A stretch of DNA of 56,377 nucleotides, filler included, from Sphacelaria rigidula (taxonomy: Eukaryota), in the NCBI GenBank assembly GCA_964200075.2. It is 6 parts of 6 records of this genome, joined end to end, with 100 filler letters (N's around TTAATTAATTAA, not from the genome) between each part and the next. Parts side by side here need not be neighbours in the genome. Positions count along the whole stretch, not along the records: positions 28,243 to 37,555 come from CAXNAA020008774.1; positions 37,656 to 46,966 come from CAXNAA020008775.1; positions 47,067 to 56,377 come from CAXNAA020008776.1; 3 more parts are not named here. One strand, given 5' to 3'. The notes under the pieces were generated by a model. That model searched no databases, was not told where the DNA came from, and was given only the letters and a program-made list of their open reading frames with translations. Positions 37,006 to 50,907 of this stretch are shown piece after piece (position 1 is the first letter of the stretch; the number at the start of each line of letters is the position of its first letter). The translations under genes and the position numbers were made by a program.

Positions 37006-37555
37006 TATACATAATATACAAGTAAATTGAAGTACAAAATTGCTGAGGTCCCAAAGGTCAAACTCCAGAGGTAAATTACACGCGGGAGAGCGCTTTTCCC
37101 CCAAAGTTGCCAACAGGCAACCATTTTAAAATAACAAAGTAAGAGTGCTCATGTTCTCGTTTCCGAAGTTATATTGCTTGATATATTCATGGCAAACCCA
37201 AAAAAATGCCCATGGTAACAACAACAAGTTACAGGTGGTTCAATGTTCAGTGCGTTCTCCTCCCTATCACTAAAGTCCGAGGTCAATACCTACCCCTGTC
37301 AAGAGTAAACTATTCCTTCGCCAGACTAATGCCGAGATACCCCCCCCACAAAAAGTGCACGGCAGACCGTCCGACAAACCGGCTGCGATCCCACTATTGG
37401 GCTCGTTTACAGCAACGCCGGCCACATGAAAGGCTTGTAGCAGCCCGAAATCAGCTATAACGCCAAAATAAGTCGCGTCGTGGAACACGAAACCAGCTCT
37501 AATGGCATTTATGATCATTGCCTCCATGCACATTTTTGGCAGGTTTGGGGGGGGG

Positions 37556-37655
37556 NNNNNNNNNNNNNNNNNNNNNNNNNNNNNNNNNNNNNNNNNNNNT
37601 TAATTAATTAANNNNNNNNNNNNNNNNNNNNNNNNNNNNNNNNNNNNNNNNNNNN
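37556..37655. other. Artificial 100-nt contig spacer
   Basis: Same N/TTAATTAATTAA/N structure. Confidence 0.97.
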
Positions 37656-37928
37656 GATATCCAAACGCACGGTGCGCACACTCGGCACGTTCAACACTGT
37701 AAGATCCAGTACGCTGCAGACTGCACAGCAAAAATATGAGGCGTAATAGTCGGGTGGTCGACAACCACACCACCGTCTGTGTTATGACTCTCACAACTAT
37801 GTGCCTCTTATGCACTCCCGGTCCCTTCCGCCGTAGAGTAGGCGTCTCGAGTTGTGACAAAGGAATGATTCTGAACCTAAAAAGTGGAGTTTCTACCTCA
37901 GTTTACCAGCGGGGGGGTCGCCGTCTAA

Positions 37929-38103
37929 GGCCCTGTCTTAGCACATGGGTTTTCGATCGAAAAAGTGCGGTGGAGAACAAAAATCCTGATCTGATAAGTC
38001 GTAATTTCAACCATCGTTGTTTATTTTGAAGATGGTTGAAATCATGACATATCAGATCAGGGTTTTTGTTTTCGATCGAAAACTCATGTGCTACGACAGG
38101 CCC
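37929..38103. mobile_element. Foldback MITE (~175 bp)
   Basis: cctgtcttagcacatgggttttcgatcgaaaa...cctgatctgata..tttcaaccatc pairs with gatggttgaaa..tatcagatcagg...ttttcgatcgaaaactcatgtgctacgacagg. Confidence 0.8.
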
Positions 38104-38186
38104 TACGGGTTAATGATACAATTCGAATGGTGAACGCGCCTTGTTGCTCAGAGCTCAGGATGGCAACCACGGTGAGATATAATATA

Positions 38187-38187
<1 letters not shown>

Positions 38188-38227
<40 letters not shown>
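38188..38227. repeat. (TTA)n microsatellite
   Basis: Direct inspection. Confidence 0.9.
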
Positions 38228-39583
38228 CATTATGTTCGTCACATTAGCCCGATCTCTCGAACCCATGGCCACAGAGTGCAAGGAGCATACCATCCATACC
38301 CATAAATCAAACAGCCCGCAGAGGAAGGCAAGAAACAAGAAATCTACACGAAAAGGAGCACCTACACTACGATAGATCCGTATAGGACCAATTGAAATAC
38401 AGGAGACCTACTGGAATCTAAGAAGTCCCCGCGTGCGATCTCTCCGACTACCTTGCACACCCTGGACAACAGATTACATTGTCAAAAAATGTGCTGCGTA
38501 CAGTATGGGATCTATTGTGTATTGCAATAGACGCAATAGTCGATACTGTACGCAGTATATTTTTTTGGCAAGGTAATCTTTTGTCCAGGGTGTGCTACCT
38601 TGCCACGTGCTGGTATATACACAGAGTAGTAAAAGCGAGTAAGCCGATAACCGAAACAGTCGCGTAGAACAGAGACCAGTGCCGAAAGATATCTACTGTC
38701 TAGAGTGCTGTTCAAAGAGGTCCTCTACAGAGCCTGCGCACCGGAGACTCAACAACGTTAGATACGGAGATCCAAAAAAGACATGAAGATCCAAAAAAGG
38801 AAGAGCCGATGGCAACGAGGAGGGAAAGGCAGGAACTACGATCTACTTCGGGTTCTGGTCAAGTAGCATCGTCATGGAAACATAAAAGATAGGGCGTGTC
38901 TAGCCTACACACGGCATAGCGCTATCACCAAAAAACAGACTCTGTTCAGAGTGTCCTACATTCAACCATGAAAACATGCGATACCATCTGTATGAAGTAT
39001 CCACAACAAACGACTATACCAAAAACCCAACAGAAAAAAATATTCCGCCCTCAACAGAATTAGTCGCCTGCTCTGTTCTTCTCCCCTGAAATGTCCTCTT
39101 CGAAATCGACCTCCTAACGCTCCCACCTGTCCTCACCAGCGTCCATGGCCAAACCAGTATATTCCGGCAATCGATTGGGCACGTATAGATCTCCCACGAG
39201 TCATACCCGCCTCGTCCCCCTCCCGACGAAACTGTTCGGTTCGTCACGGATTTTTCAGAGCTCTTTTCAACCAAATACAAACTTTTCTTGGGGCGTACCT
39301 TGGAACATTTTTTTTTTCGATACAGACTGGTTCACGCTTATCGCCCAAAACTGTGTCATGAGGAGATGCCGTTCGCGATACCCACCCAATAGTCGCATAC
39401 ATGATATTGTACTAACCACCATGGGCAGCTACAAGAGGGTACCATCGCCGGATTTTTTTTAAGCCATGACGGTAGTGCTTAGGGCGAAAAGGTACTTCGA
39501 TCAATCAGCACCGTTAAAATTGTTCCGAAATCGAAAAACACGAATTCCAAGCTCAATCTGCGCGCAACCTCCAAACCATTCGT

Positions 39584-39932
39584 CGTGTTGTTGTGCCATT
39601 CATTCTGGACGCCCGGCTACATCTTTCGGTATATGTGGGCGCACCAGCCGGGGTCACACAGGAGGAAGTTCAACACAGGAGTTTTCCTTTTTTTCTTTTG
39701 TTATGTTTGTCCACCTTCCTTCTGCAATGCTCGCCGTTTATTTTATCGCGAGAGGGGTTCAACGGCCCCTTTACTTCGTCGACCGTGAGGTTGAATTTTG
39801 TGTACCCACGGTATAGTTGCTCTCCACTGTTGGGCATGAGGAAAAATCCCAGATCGCTCCGAGATTCAAACCCACGACCCAATCGTCAGAAGGTTTCGAA
39901 GGCACCAACTGAGCCACCAGGACTACCGGCTG
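39584..39932 (-). mobile_element. tRNA-derived SINE, copy 2
   Basis: Collinear with 891-1230 (ttcggtatatgtgggcgcaccagccggggtcacacaggag...ccaactgagccacc). Confidence 0.85.
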
Positions 39933-40439
39933 CTATGTAGTAACCGCCATTAGCTCGGGAATCTAACCGGAAAAACAAATCATGAAACGGTTACAACGGC
40001 GTCGAATTATACCCGAAACCGTGATTCTTCGGTAATTGGAGTTTCGGCGACGTCTAATTTCCAGTGATGATACGCACGAAAGATCCAGGGAGCCCCGTGA
40101 AGGTTTCCCGTATATCTGTCGTAGAAAAGCTCAGATAGTCCTCAAACTTGGCAGTTCCGCAGGTATTGATACTTCAAATGAAAAGTTATATTGTTGACAA
40201 GATTTCAAAGTTTCTCCGTTCTCCACCAGCTTCCGGAGGGCCCAGTATGAAAACCCCCCGTAAGGCGGTACAGAATGCCTAAAAAAATCATGTTCTGATG
40301 CGTCTCGGAATAGTGCAAGGAACACATATACAAATTTTGGTCGAGAAAATCGAAAACCTCATACAGCTTTTCTTGCGTTGAGGTAAAATTCACCCCGAAA
40401 AGAAGTTTTCATACTAGAACGAAGTAGTTGGGAGTTGCA

Positions 40440-41410
40440 CGTTTCAAGCTCACGCCCTCGCACAAACGCGCAAACCTTCACGCAGCTGTAAGGATTAGAC
40501 CCTGAAACTTTGCACAAATGTGCGATAGGTCATTACGCAAGTTTCGATCGACGACTTTTTTTCTCTTTCTTGACTAATTATTACCATTTCTCGGGGGTCC
40601 GACAGGATCAAAGTCGCTTGTCAACGTAGTCTCCATCCTGGGACCCCGGAAAACCGGCACTGCGACTTTCTTCATTTTTCCGCGAACGAGGTGTCGCCGC
40701 ATAACTTAAGGAAGGGCCCCACAAAGTTTCGTGGCCAAACTCGAATAACTGATGCTTATCTTCATGTTCACGTCAAAAACGGCCCAAAAACGCCATTATC
40801 ATACAAAAATCAAGTAGTTTGCGGTTTCACCGTGGCACGGCAAAGTTCATCGCACGAACGCGCAAAACTTCACGCCGTTTTTTAGGAGTTGGAACCTGAA
40901 TTTTTACACGAATGTGCTATGGGTCATTACGTAACCTGTGAAGAACGAGGTTTCTAGATATTTTTTTTACCGTTTTACGGGGGTCCAACTGGATGGAAGG
41001 TTCCCTGGAAAACTGGGACCCTCGGAAAACAATGGAAGAGCGTAGAAGAAGAAAAAATCACAGGTACCGTAGGTAAGGTAGTTACCTTAGAATGTCGTAC
41101 CTACGATGCCTACGATACCAGGGTATTTCAAGATTTCAGTACCTACCGTACCCGCCCAATCCGGTATTTTGAAATGTCATACCTACGATACCTGCGATAC
41201 CAGGGTATTTCGAAATGCCATACCTACGATACCTACGCATACCATGGTATAGGATACCCCACTAAATGCCGGGGGAACGCTCGGTACGGTATCTCACCTA
41301 TGGTGCTTGTGGAAAAAATCGACCTTCGAAAGTTACGTAATAATCCATGGCACACTTGTGCAAAATGTGAAGGTCTAACCCCCTAAAACGGCGTAAAGTT
41401 TGGTCGATGA
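40440..41410. repeat. Repeat with two direct copies (40470, 40860) and one inverted copy (41320-41405) of a ~90-bp unit, plus an internal acctacgata-rich insert (41070-41300)
   Basis: aaaccttcacgc..taaggattagaccctgaaactttgcacaaatgtgc..ggtcattacg recurs in both orientations. Confidence 0.55.
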
Positions 41411-42695
41411 GTGTTTTTTGGAGCCATGAGCGTGAACCAGCTCGTAAAAAAAAAGGAGTGGTGGAAATGATGTTGGCGATATTCTTTAATTTTTCGCGAG
41501 TTGGGTCCAAGCGAATCGACGAGCACTCGATCGAGAAAAGCCAGTGAAATTCATTGAACTGCACTTGTTCGCTTGTAGAGTACAGACCGTACTAGAAGAT
41601 CTCCTCTGTTTGCATGCAGTGCGGCGGAGTGTGGGTGTGCGGGTGTGCCTGCCTGCGTGTTTCGTACGTGAGGATGCGAAGGAGAGGCGGGCAACGTGCA
41701 GCAGAGACAGCGCAGGACTATCTGTATACTCTACATACGATGCGACGTGAAAAGGACTTGAACAGCGTGTAGCTTTGTTCTGCCTGCACTGTCTATGAGC
41801 ATGTACGCAAGTCGGTCGCCCACCCTACCACGCACAATGTTGTTCCGTTTGGATATTATGGAGGCATTTTCCAGCGATTATATTCCATCATCTGCGGCGT
41901 CCATTGGAGATGGTCATTCGGCAAGGTTTAGAATTGGCTGAGACTAGAGGGGCAGACGTCCTTGGGAGATAGGTGCCCACATCAGCGGGGCAAGGTGGCG
42001 CTACAGGCTTCTGCACTGGCTTTACCGCACTGTGTGCAGTGGATAGCAAAGGCTCCGTAATGTACTGTTCGGTGTATTTAGTCGCTGATATTGAGAAAAA
42101 CAAAGTATGTCTGCAGGGTACGGCACCAGCACACGCTACCATAAAGTACGGTTGAGATTATGTGGAGGTGCGCCAGCGGTGCCTTGAAAGTACCGAGGCG
42201 GCTGGAGCAAGTCGAAGAGTATGTTGCTCGCGCACATCGCAGCGTTATCGGTAGCCAGCGTGCGTCACTCCCTAGCGTATGACAGCATGTACTCCCTGCT
42301 CATCACGTAGCTTGGCCAGGAGAAGCAGTAGCCAAATCGTGATCACTGCGGAAGACCTTGCTCCATTTTGAAATGTCATCACGGTATGCTCGGGCGTCAA
42401 ATAATGTTGGATGGATGACTGGCGAGAGCAAACGTGATGTTCGCGGGACAATGCAACCTGCCGAAGTCAGAGCATAATGTACGCCGAGGTCCGGTGAAAA
42501 AACAGTGCCCTGTTGATAAGCGTCGTGGGAAACTACGCGAGGTTGCGGTCAAAGCTTTTCGTTCCTAATTTTCGATTTGTTGGCTACCGACAACAGCATA
42601 GTAGCGTGTAAATTAAACAAGTGAAACAATGCCACGTCATTCCCTGAACTCTCTCTCCTTTTGTTCCTCTTTGTTATTGGTTCTTCTCCCGCAAG

Positions 42696-42853
42696 GGGTC
42701 TATGCCAATGGCTTCGCGGATGGTCCGTATCCCCCGCCGGGACCTCAGGCGTGTATGCGCGTGGGTGACGTGCTGGTGTCTGTGGACGGGAAGGATGTGC
42801 TGGGCGCGACGCTGCCCACAGCGCTTTCTATGATGGAGACTGCCAGGCGAAGG
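42696..42853 (+). CDS. Internal exon encoding the C-terminal part of a PDZ domain
   Basis: GVYANGF...MRVGDVLVSVDGKDVLGATLPTALSMMETARR fits the PDZ GDxIxxVNG-helix pattern. Pyrimidine tract plus aag acceptor; GTGAGC donor. Confidence 0.75.
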
Positions 42854-45800
42854 GTGAGCGAGTGCGCAGCACGCGGGATAACTGAAAAAAACGGCGGTTT
42901 GCTACTGTTGCTGCTACAAGTGCGACGAAATCGCCGATTTGTACTCCGTGTGTTGATTCTATTAACCCCGAAGTCCTCTCTGTGCATAGCAGGGGATACA
43001 CGGAAAGACACAACTGCAACTCACCACACGGCACTGTACTGTAGGTACGTGGGGAGGTCTTGGCGTGCATAACGAAATTAATTTTTTTTTTGGCGCAATG
43101 AAACAAAAAATGGGTGCCACTTCTTATTCTCTCTCTGCCCAGTCGAAATACTGGTTTACGTGTATCATACACACCTCTCAGCCGACCCCTCCAGCGGCGC
43201 CAGGCCTCTTTTCGGAACAATATTTCCGCCTGACAGCCTGTATCTCCGATGCCACAGCTGAGGAGCCCTCTAATTGCGAGGACCACCATGATAATTTACC
43301 ACACGTACTTTGTTCCCCAACCCTCTGACCCATGTATCTGAATTAACCGAAGCAAATATTCGTCACAGAGTTCTAGTGGTCCGTCCAGGGTTGATCACAG
43401 AGGGTCACGCGCCCAAGCTCGAGATAACACAGGTGGACCCTAACACGATAGCTCGGAAAGTGTGAAAATCAAGTGCTTCGGTTAAACAATATGTATTGAG
43501 CCTGTCCTCGCCGAACCCCTCGAGTGGACCATAAATGACACCCCCGAAAAATGTGCAAAACAGCAGCCTTGCCCGCGTTGAAAATATCGTATTGCGCGAG
43601 TTGAGGGGGTGTCATTGATAGTACGTGGGTGATATGGGAGTACACACAAACGGAGATAATCGCATATCAACAACCCGGCGGCAAAGCATGAATAGAGCAA
43701 AAGGTTCATACTGTACGGCCAACATCACATTTGCCCAGCCTTCCTGCCCGGCGTTAGTGTTGTGCGACACGGACAGGGGAACAGCAAAATGGCGGACCAC
43801 TGTACTGTACCGTATGCAAACAGTTACTTGCACCATGTACAGACGGCAGAGTAATGTGCTGTACGGTGTTTCAAGCGTTGATGTATATCACGATAGTGTG
43901 ATGTGTACTTCCGTGGGACTGTCAGCCAAAAATATTGTACTGAAACGAGGCCCGGCGTGCACAGGGTCAGATCACTTCACAAAGATACCGCAACCCACTA
44001 TCGCCTGGCTCGTGTAGTACTGCAAGATAACGTTCCGAGTATCATCCTGTCGGCCGCGTGTTAGATGTTGCATGATTGTCAACATTCTAGATCTGAGCCT
44101 ACTATCGAGGTCCTTCGAGTCATATATGGCACGGTACAGACATGAAACATCAAGAGAGCCGAGAGGTTGGGCACTATAGATAGACAGTGCTGTCAGCGGA
44201 AGATGGTGCCCGTGAACGAGGAGGGTCTACTCAGCTGTAGCGTCAGATCGGCGGCGTTGAAATGGCAGCGGGTGATATTGTTCCGAAAATATGCCTAATC
44301 TCTGCGAGGTTTCAAAGTTTAGTTTCATGAAGTGTACAAAGTTTTTTTTTCTTCTCCTCTTGCTATCATAGAAAATGATGGGTTTTATTTCAACTCTGCC
44401 GTAGGATAGACTTTCGAATTATGACACACAACCCTCCTTTTCCTTGCAAAGTAGAGTTCGTCCATTACTGTCAGGTCGCCCAAGGGTCGGAAGCTGTCGT
44501 GCTCGCTACACCGCTCGAGAAAACCTGCTCCAAATTTTCCACGGTTCGGATGAATCTTCGAACAAATCACCAAATCCGCGATTTTTCAGGCCTGATCGCT
44601 CAACAAACAGAGACAAAGTTAACCGGTGGTGGAAAAGGTCTCCACGCAATTTTGGCGCCCTTGCACGTGCCTGGGCTGCGCGTACCTGGGTTGCAACGCT
44701 GAAAACAAAGCCGAAGGATTGATTTGTACGGTACGAATCAATCACACTAGAATCAAGTAATTTCCAGACGAATCATTCATTCGTCCGACCCGCAAAATTT
44801 TCATCCGCGCGTATTCATCTGTCGATTTTCTATTTCTGGTGTAGAGTTAGTCGTGAGCAACCTCGTTACCCTGCCTGCTGTGACGTCTGCTACAAGTCAA
44901 TCTTTTATTCAATCCTTTTGACGGCCAGGGTTGTTCATTTTACACACATTTTTTCAAATGAAAATGATGCATGACACCGATCCAATAATGACCCACCCAA
45001 ACGATCAAAGGGTGAACAAAACCCGTAACTTGGGCTTTGGGGTAGTGAACTCACTATTGGCTATATATGATAAATATAAGACTGGCAAAATAAACAATTC
45101 CTCTCAACTATTCCTTGTCTGCGTCGATTTGGATATCATGTGCCCTCAGGGACATATCAAACTTTTCGTTCCCCCGCCGTTTCAAGGATATAGATGCAAT
45201 TGTGTGAAGAGTCTAGCCCCTAATTTTCATTTGGGGCGTATTCTTCCTTCCCCCTCCCTGCAAATGTATGTATATTGCTACCATCAGTTATGATCCAGAG
45301 GTCGGGGTTTGGTTCCGAACGGTACATACTGTATTTTTCACTCAAAGGGATGTTCGAAATTTTGTGTATGGACCAGTCGCTTTTTTATTGATCAAGAGTT
45401 TCGGGAAACGCTCTTTTGTCATTTTAGAGTGCAAATATCTCAGGATCAGAGTGTAGCGAACCGAACCGTCAAATATGGTATCCCCTTGACTTTTTTTTCG
45501 ATTAAATGTTTTGATTTTTTTTTGCACTCTGATCCTGAGATATTTGCACTGTGAAATAGCAAAAAAAAAAACAGTGTAACAAAAACTTATCTCCCCCTCC
45601 GTCGAATGTGGTATCCCCTTGAGTGTTTTTCGATTACATCTTTTTTTCAATTCTCTCGTCTGATCCTGAGATATTTGCACTCTGAAATTATGAAAAACGT
45701 TTCCCGAAGCTCTCTAATTTCAGGTACACATTCCCCATGATGGAAGTCCCCGGTCCGTGGGGCAAGCCTTGAAAGTACTCTGCAAGAAGTTCGGGCGAGT

Positions 45801-46360
45801 GGTGTTACCTCTTGGTCTCGACGGACTGTAGTTTTTTTCGTTGCACTTCTAATGTGTATCCTTCCTTGGGCCCTTAGTCTGGAGGGATCAACTAATATTT
45901 CCCCCGGTACATGGTCGGGAGCAAAAATGCATACCACTCATAACCCCCGCCCCCCTTCCCTTCCCTTCCCTTCCCTTTCCCTGTCTTCTCCATCGAATCC
46001 CTCGCGGTCCCTCTGATTTTGGCATCATCGGACATCCGTTCTCAGGACCGGTTGCGAGATTTCATCTCAAGTAAACAGGATGATGCTAAGCGGGGCAGCA
46101 TCCCTCTTATCTTCGAGCGCATCATGCCCAAGCTCACCTTTCGCGACGTTGTACTGGTATGTTAAAGGCGCGAGTTTGGGCGGGGGGTTCAAATCGAAAA
46201 TTGATGAGGGGGGCAGATGCAGACCCCTCAATCTGCGGGGTGTTGGAACAGTTTCAAGCGTTTAGTGATGTATACGGGATTTTTTTCTCTTCGCTGACGA
46301 ATTCTTGTGTGCGCTTGCTATTACTCGGCCCGTGTGTTGTTTCGGGCGCTGGGTGCGCAG

Positions 46361-46432
46361 GACCCCCGAAAGGTGGTGTACCTGCTGAATTACATGCTGG
46401 AGGTTCGGAGGGAGAGCAATAACCTGGACAAG
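46361..46432 (+). CDS. Probable 72-nt exon (DPRKVVYLLNYMLEVRRESNNLDK), possibly the same gene as the PDZ exon
   Basis: gcgcag acceptor, aag|gtgaat donor, phase 0-0 (compatible with the PDZ exon end), GC3-rich codons. Confidence 0.5.
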
Positions 46433-46966
46433 GTGAATTCCGTACCGGTTGTGCGTCGTATGCATTTTGGCTGCTCTGCGATCTGGTGTTGAGGCCCCGG
46501 TGCTCTTGAGATGCAATATTGGGGATGAAAGTGGTTTCTGCGCAAGACCTTGTCCACCGAAGCTATGTGGCAGAGGCCGGCCATTTCTAATTTTATTTTC
46601 ATTTTTTAGTCTACTCTTGTCTGTTGTGTTGTACCTATTCTGTTTTCTTCGGTTTTCTTTCGCAAGTGTTTCAGTTTGGTCTTCTCTCGGGTATGTCTCA
46701 TCATACGACAACGGCTGGATCCCTGTGATGTCAGCTAAGGTGCGACAATCAATCGGTCCTTAACCCTTTGGGGACCGGGCCTTGAGAACGACCAATGTGG
46801 CTGGTCAGAATGACGTGTCTGGCGTCTGCACGAAACAGTGGCGTGTTGCTGAAAATCCGCGTACTTATGTAACCGCAGGGTTGTTATGACGAAGGCCGAA
46901 AGTTTCATCCAATCTGTTTTCAGCTGCAGGGTGCGCATTAGGTGGTGTTCATCTGATGTAGCAAGC

Positions 46967-47066
46967 NNNNNNNNNNNNNNNNNNNNNNNNNNNNNNNNNN
47001 NNNNNNNNNNTTAATTAATTAANNNNNNNNNNNNNNNNNNNNNNNNNNNNNNNNNNNNNNNNNNNN
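46967..47066. other. Artificial 100-nt contig spacer
   Basis: Same N/TTAATTAATTAA/N structure. Confidence 0.97.
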
Positions 47067-47883
47067 GAAAGGGATGCGTGGTCAATGGTCACACGACTAA
47101 GGCAAGCAACAAATGAGTACGCCCCCCCCTCCCCCCCTCTGTCCTGTGCTGTGTGCTTTGCTGTTCCTGTTTATTGTGATGCCTGACGTCCAGCCCAACT
47201 TCTCCGTTAGGTCCGATGAATGGGAACTCAGAAATCGACCACGCCAGGCCACGTCAAGCGCGGGAGCATCTGTAAGTTTAACCCCGCCGATTCGTGCATC
47301 GGCGTCGCGACTCCCGATCATCGATTCTGTGCCTTCGACGGTACGTTACCGTCTACCACAGCAGAGTCTTGACACGTAGTCACGCGTTGGTTGCACTTTT
47401 CTTCGAGAATCCGGGGAACCGCGGGGTAAAGTTGTAAAGATGGATAAAAATAAAAATAGAAATGCGTGCATGAAGAAGATCCGGATCTGATTCTTCACCC
47501 ACTCCCGCTAAATGGACTTTTTTTTCTCTGAAAAAGTCAATACTGTGCACGAAGTGATTGAGCTTTTATTGACCAGCTATTATTAGCGTCGCGTTTTTTT
47601 GTTGTTAGTTTTTCTTTTAGTTTGTCTGTTTTTTTTAATTATTTCATTATTTTTTATATTGTTTCTTGTTTGCTCATGTTTTCTCGGCATCTCTGTGGCT
47701 TGCTCTGTCTGTTCCCTTTCCCGTGTTTCACTTTCCCCCGTTTCTCGTGTGTCCCCTGCAGCACCTCGTTTTGAAGACGATTCACCTTGTGAACGTGTTT
47801 CGTCCTTCTGAGCTCGTAGCAGCATCAGTTCGTACGCGACACTCAATCCAATCAATCGCTCATCGTCATGCGCGGTGTTACCT

Positions 47884-47970
47884 AGGCATGGGGGGCGTTG
47901 CCAGACCTCAAATCGGCGCCCCAGGCGCCGATTTCGACAAAAACGCGTTCTGCGCAAGCTAGGAGCAAGC
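47884..47970 (+). repeat. Dispersed repeat with GC palindrome core; inverted copy at 53715-53785
   Basis: gacctcaaatcggcgccccaggcgccgatttcgacaaaaacgcgttctgcgca and its reverse complement near 53727-53779. Confidence 0.75.
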
Positions 47971-48652
47971 TTCGAGTATAGTTCATTGAAGATCCGGATC
48001 CCCCTGTCCAACACTAAAATCAAGTCGAACCATCCGAGAAATTTCTCACCCTTACAAGTGTTGAACTATACTGACATCTGGGCCTTGGTGTGCACCCTCA
48101 GAAAACGCTTGGACTAAACAGTGCACCCCTACCGTCGACTCACTGTAGTCGGGATCTGCAAGAAGGTTGTTTCCTTCATGTTGTCACACACACTTTCGAC
48201 GTTTTCTTGTAACAGTTTTTTTTTTTTCGGAAAAATATAGGTACAAGAGTAGCGAAGCGAATCAGGGTTATTATCCAAATCACCACTCGTTGGGGGGCAG
48301 GTTGGTTTAGAAAAATATGGGCTTTAGGAGAGAGGAACAACAGCACGGGGCTGCTGCTGCTGTGGGCACGTGGCGAATCTCCACTTTTTGAAGAAATGTG
48401 ACACTATCGGGTATACCCCCCACCCGACCTGCCCTTGCAATTTTGCGATAGTCGGCCCCTTCCCCTCCTCGAGAGGAATCCGCAGGCGCAAAACACTGGA
48501 ATAAACCCCGGGGCGTCCAAATATCCAATGTTCACGGTGTTGGCCGTTCGTCCCGTCTATCCTCACTGCCATGTTGAAAAATCCGCATTTTCACCGCTTA
48601 CCAGCTTCCCACGATCTTCCTCCCGCCGTTCGTCCGCCCGTCCCCCAAACAG

Positions 48653-49060
48653 GTATCGGGGTATTCCGAACGGGATAATAGCAGGGCGCCCGACTCGCGG
48701 GCGGCATCCCTGCGTGATAGCTCTCGAGACAATCCGCGGGATAATGGTAGCCATCATTCCTCGAGACCAGTAGGCTCCGGTGGCGTGGGGGCTTCGGGGA
48801 CTGAGCGTAGCGTATCGCACACATTTAATGTTGCGGGGAATAGCGGGAGAGGCTCGGGAACCACCGTGAGGAGTAACAGCATAGTGTCCATCACTTCCGC
48901 AACTCCCATGTCTCGGTCTGTGTCCATGGCTGCGGGAATAGATGAGGCAGGAGGCTGCGCGGGCGGGGGCGGGGGTAGCGGGGGCGGTGGGGGCGGAGGT
49001 GGAGGCGGGGGCGGGAAGACTTGGAGCACGAACTCTACCATTCGGAAGAGAATTTTCAAG
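48653..49060 (+). CDS. Exon of the MABP-domain gene (Ser/Gly-rich, ends KTWSTNSTIRKRIFK)
   Basis: Pyrimidine tract plus aaacag acceptor, 408-nt open frame, aag|gtgcgc donor, phase 0-0. Confidence 0.7.
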
Positions 49061-49959
49061 GTGCGCCTCCAAGGTCACATTACCGCTAGGTAGAATGAAT
49101 TTTTCATTGAAATTTATGGTAGCAAGGTGTTGGGTGTTGAACCCACGTTTCTGTTGTAACGTTGCTGTGGTGCTGTAAAAGTTCACAAGAAGTACAGTTT
49201 AATTTATTCACACGCTGGACAAATGACGATCACAATATTGACAAGAATTCTACTGCGCACAGTACCGTAATTATTGTCTACTGCAATAGACGAGAGATTC
49301 CAAGGGTGTATCGGTTATGGTACACCCGGTATTGTTGGTATTCTGGAAAGTCGCACATCACCTGCCGAAGTCAGTCACCATGACTCGTATGGGCTCTGGA
49401 GGGAAAACAACAGCACTGCACTGGCTGCTGCTGTGGGTACGGGTCGGGTCTCCACTTTACAGTGTTGGATATACCCTAACCGACCTGCCTGTGATAGAGT
49501 CGATACTGTACGTGGTGCATTTTTTGCCAACGTAATGTAGTGTCGAGGTTGTGATTTTTGAATTCATGGCTGCGTCATCCTTTTGTAGTTTTGGTGGATA
49601 TATTGCCCCAGAAGCATGAAATCACATATCGCATCTATTTGCTCACAGAGAAACCCGTGGAACGTAGGGGGCTCCGATACTGCATCACTGTCACCCCCAT
49701 TGTTCTCCAGTGTAACAGCTCTGAGGTGGCTAGCTTTCATGTCCTTCTCGTAGGCGAAGCAATCCTGCAAATGATGGGTATGTACGCTTCCCTCGTGGTG
49801 ATCCACGCGCTATAACACGGCAGGATCCTCTGTCGGTCGTCTCCTACATCCCAAAATTCACGAAGTTACTCTCACCTCGGAAGTGACTCACCCCCCCTCC
49901 CCGTCCCGGGGCCGCCCTCCATATATATATCTTCAACGCGACGCACTCTTGTATCCCAG

Positions 49960-50907
49960 GGACGAAACGTGGCAGCTTCCCCGGAACCCGAAACGTCGAG
50001 CAACTTCAGACAGGTCTCAGGTGCCATCCCCGCCACTCCCGCCCCCGTATCACTTGCACGTATGGCCCCGGGAACAGCACCAGCCGGGGCGACAACCGGA
50101 GTGGCGACGGGCGCCGGCATCCCCGATCCAACCCCGCAGTGCGCCGGTGGATCTTTCTTTCCTGGGTGGGCAATCCCGACCAGCACATCCACTGAAAGAC
50201 TCTGGGCTAACCCGGGTTCCGAGTTCGGCGTAGTCGGTGGCGCGGGAGGGGTATCTACTAGTCGCTATCGTGCGATCTCCGCGGCGGAGTTCACATCTCG
50301 GTACGACACGGGATCCCAGGGAGACAATTTTGGTTTGGGGACCGCTCCCGGGATCAGTTCGGGGATGGGTTACGGTTTTTCCGGACCCGCGTTTGCCGGT
50401 AGCGGCGGTAGATATTTGGGGGCCTCGTCGGTGAACTCGACCGTAAATTCGACCACGGGGGCTGGGATTGACCCCAGTTTTCTCTCCAATATTGTGGATG
50501 TGATCGTGGTGCATGGATCGGACGTGGTCCCCGACGGGTACACGAAGATCAAGTGGTCGTGCGGTGGACGAAAGGCAGATCTTAACACGGGGGCCATGGG
50601 TCAGTACCTGTATCTCGCGGTGAAGCGAGATCTCAGTGTGTTTGGTGGGGAGGCGTCTTCTTCGGCGGCTGGGCGGGGCGGTGGCGAGTGTAAGGGTGAG
50701 GGTGGGTATAGTGGCCGCCGCGCAGTTGGCGGTGCTGCTGTAGTGGCGCTGGCGTTGATATTTCCGGATAGGGGGGAGACGGTGCCCCCGCTTTTTCAGA
50801 AGGTGCGGAGACAGGGGCAGCCTGTGGATCTAAATCATGGGACGAACGGAGAACGGACCTTCTTGTGTTACAAGCGCGGTACTACGAACCCTATCACGGA
50901 TATTCAG
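49960..50907 (+). CDS. Exon encoding a low-complexity region and the first two blades of a MABP (MVB12-associated beta-prism) domain
   Basis: IVDVIVVHGSDVVPDGYTKI..GRKADLNTGAMGQYLYLAVKR and ETVPPLFQKV..PVDLNHGTNGERTFLCYKRG..NPITDIQ. tcccag acceptor, cag|gtattt donor, phase 0-0. Confidence 0.85.

Noticed and set aside
44197-44271. Extra exon RKMVPVNEEGLLSCSVRSAALKWQR between the PDZ and 72-nt exons
   Set aside because: No pyrimidine tract, a weak donor and no recognisable homology.
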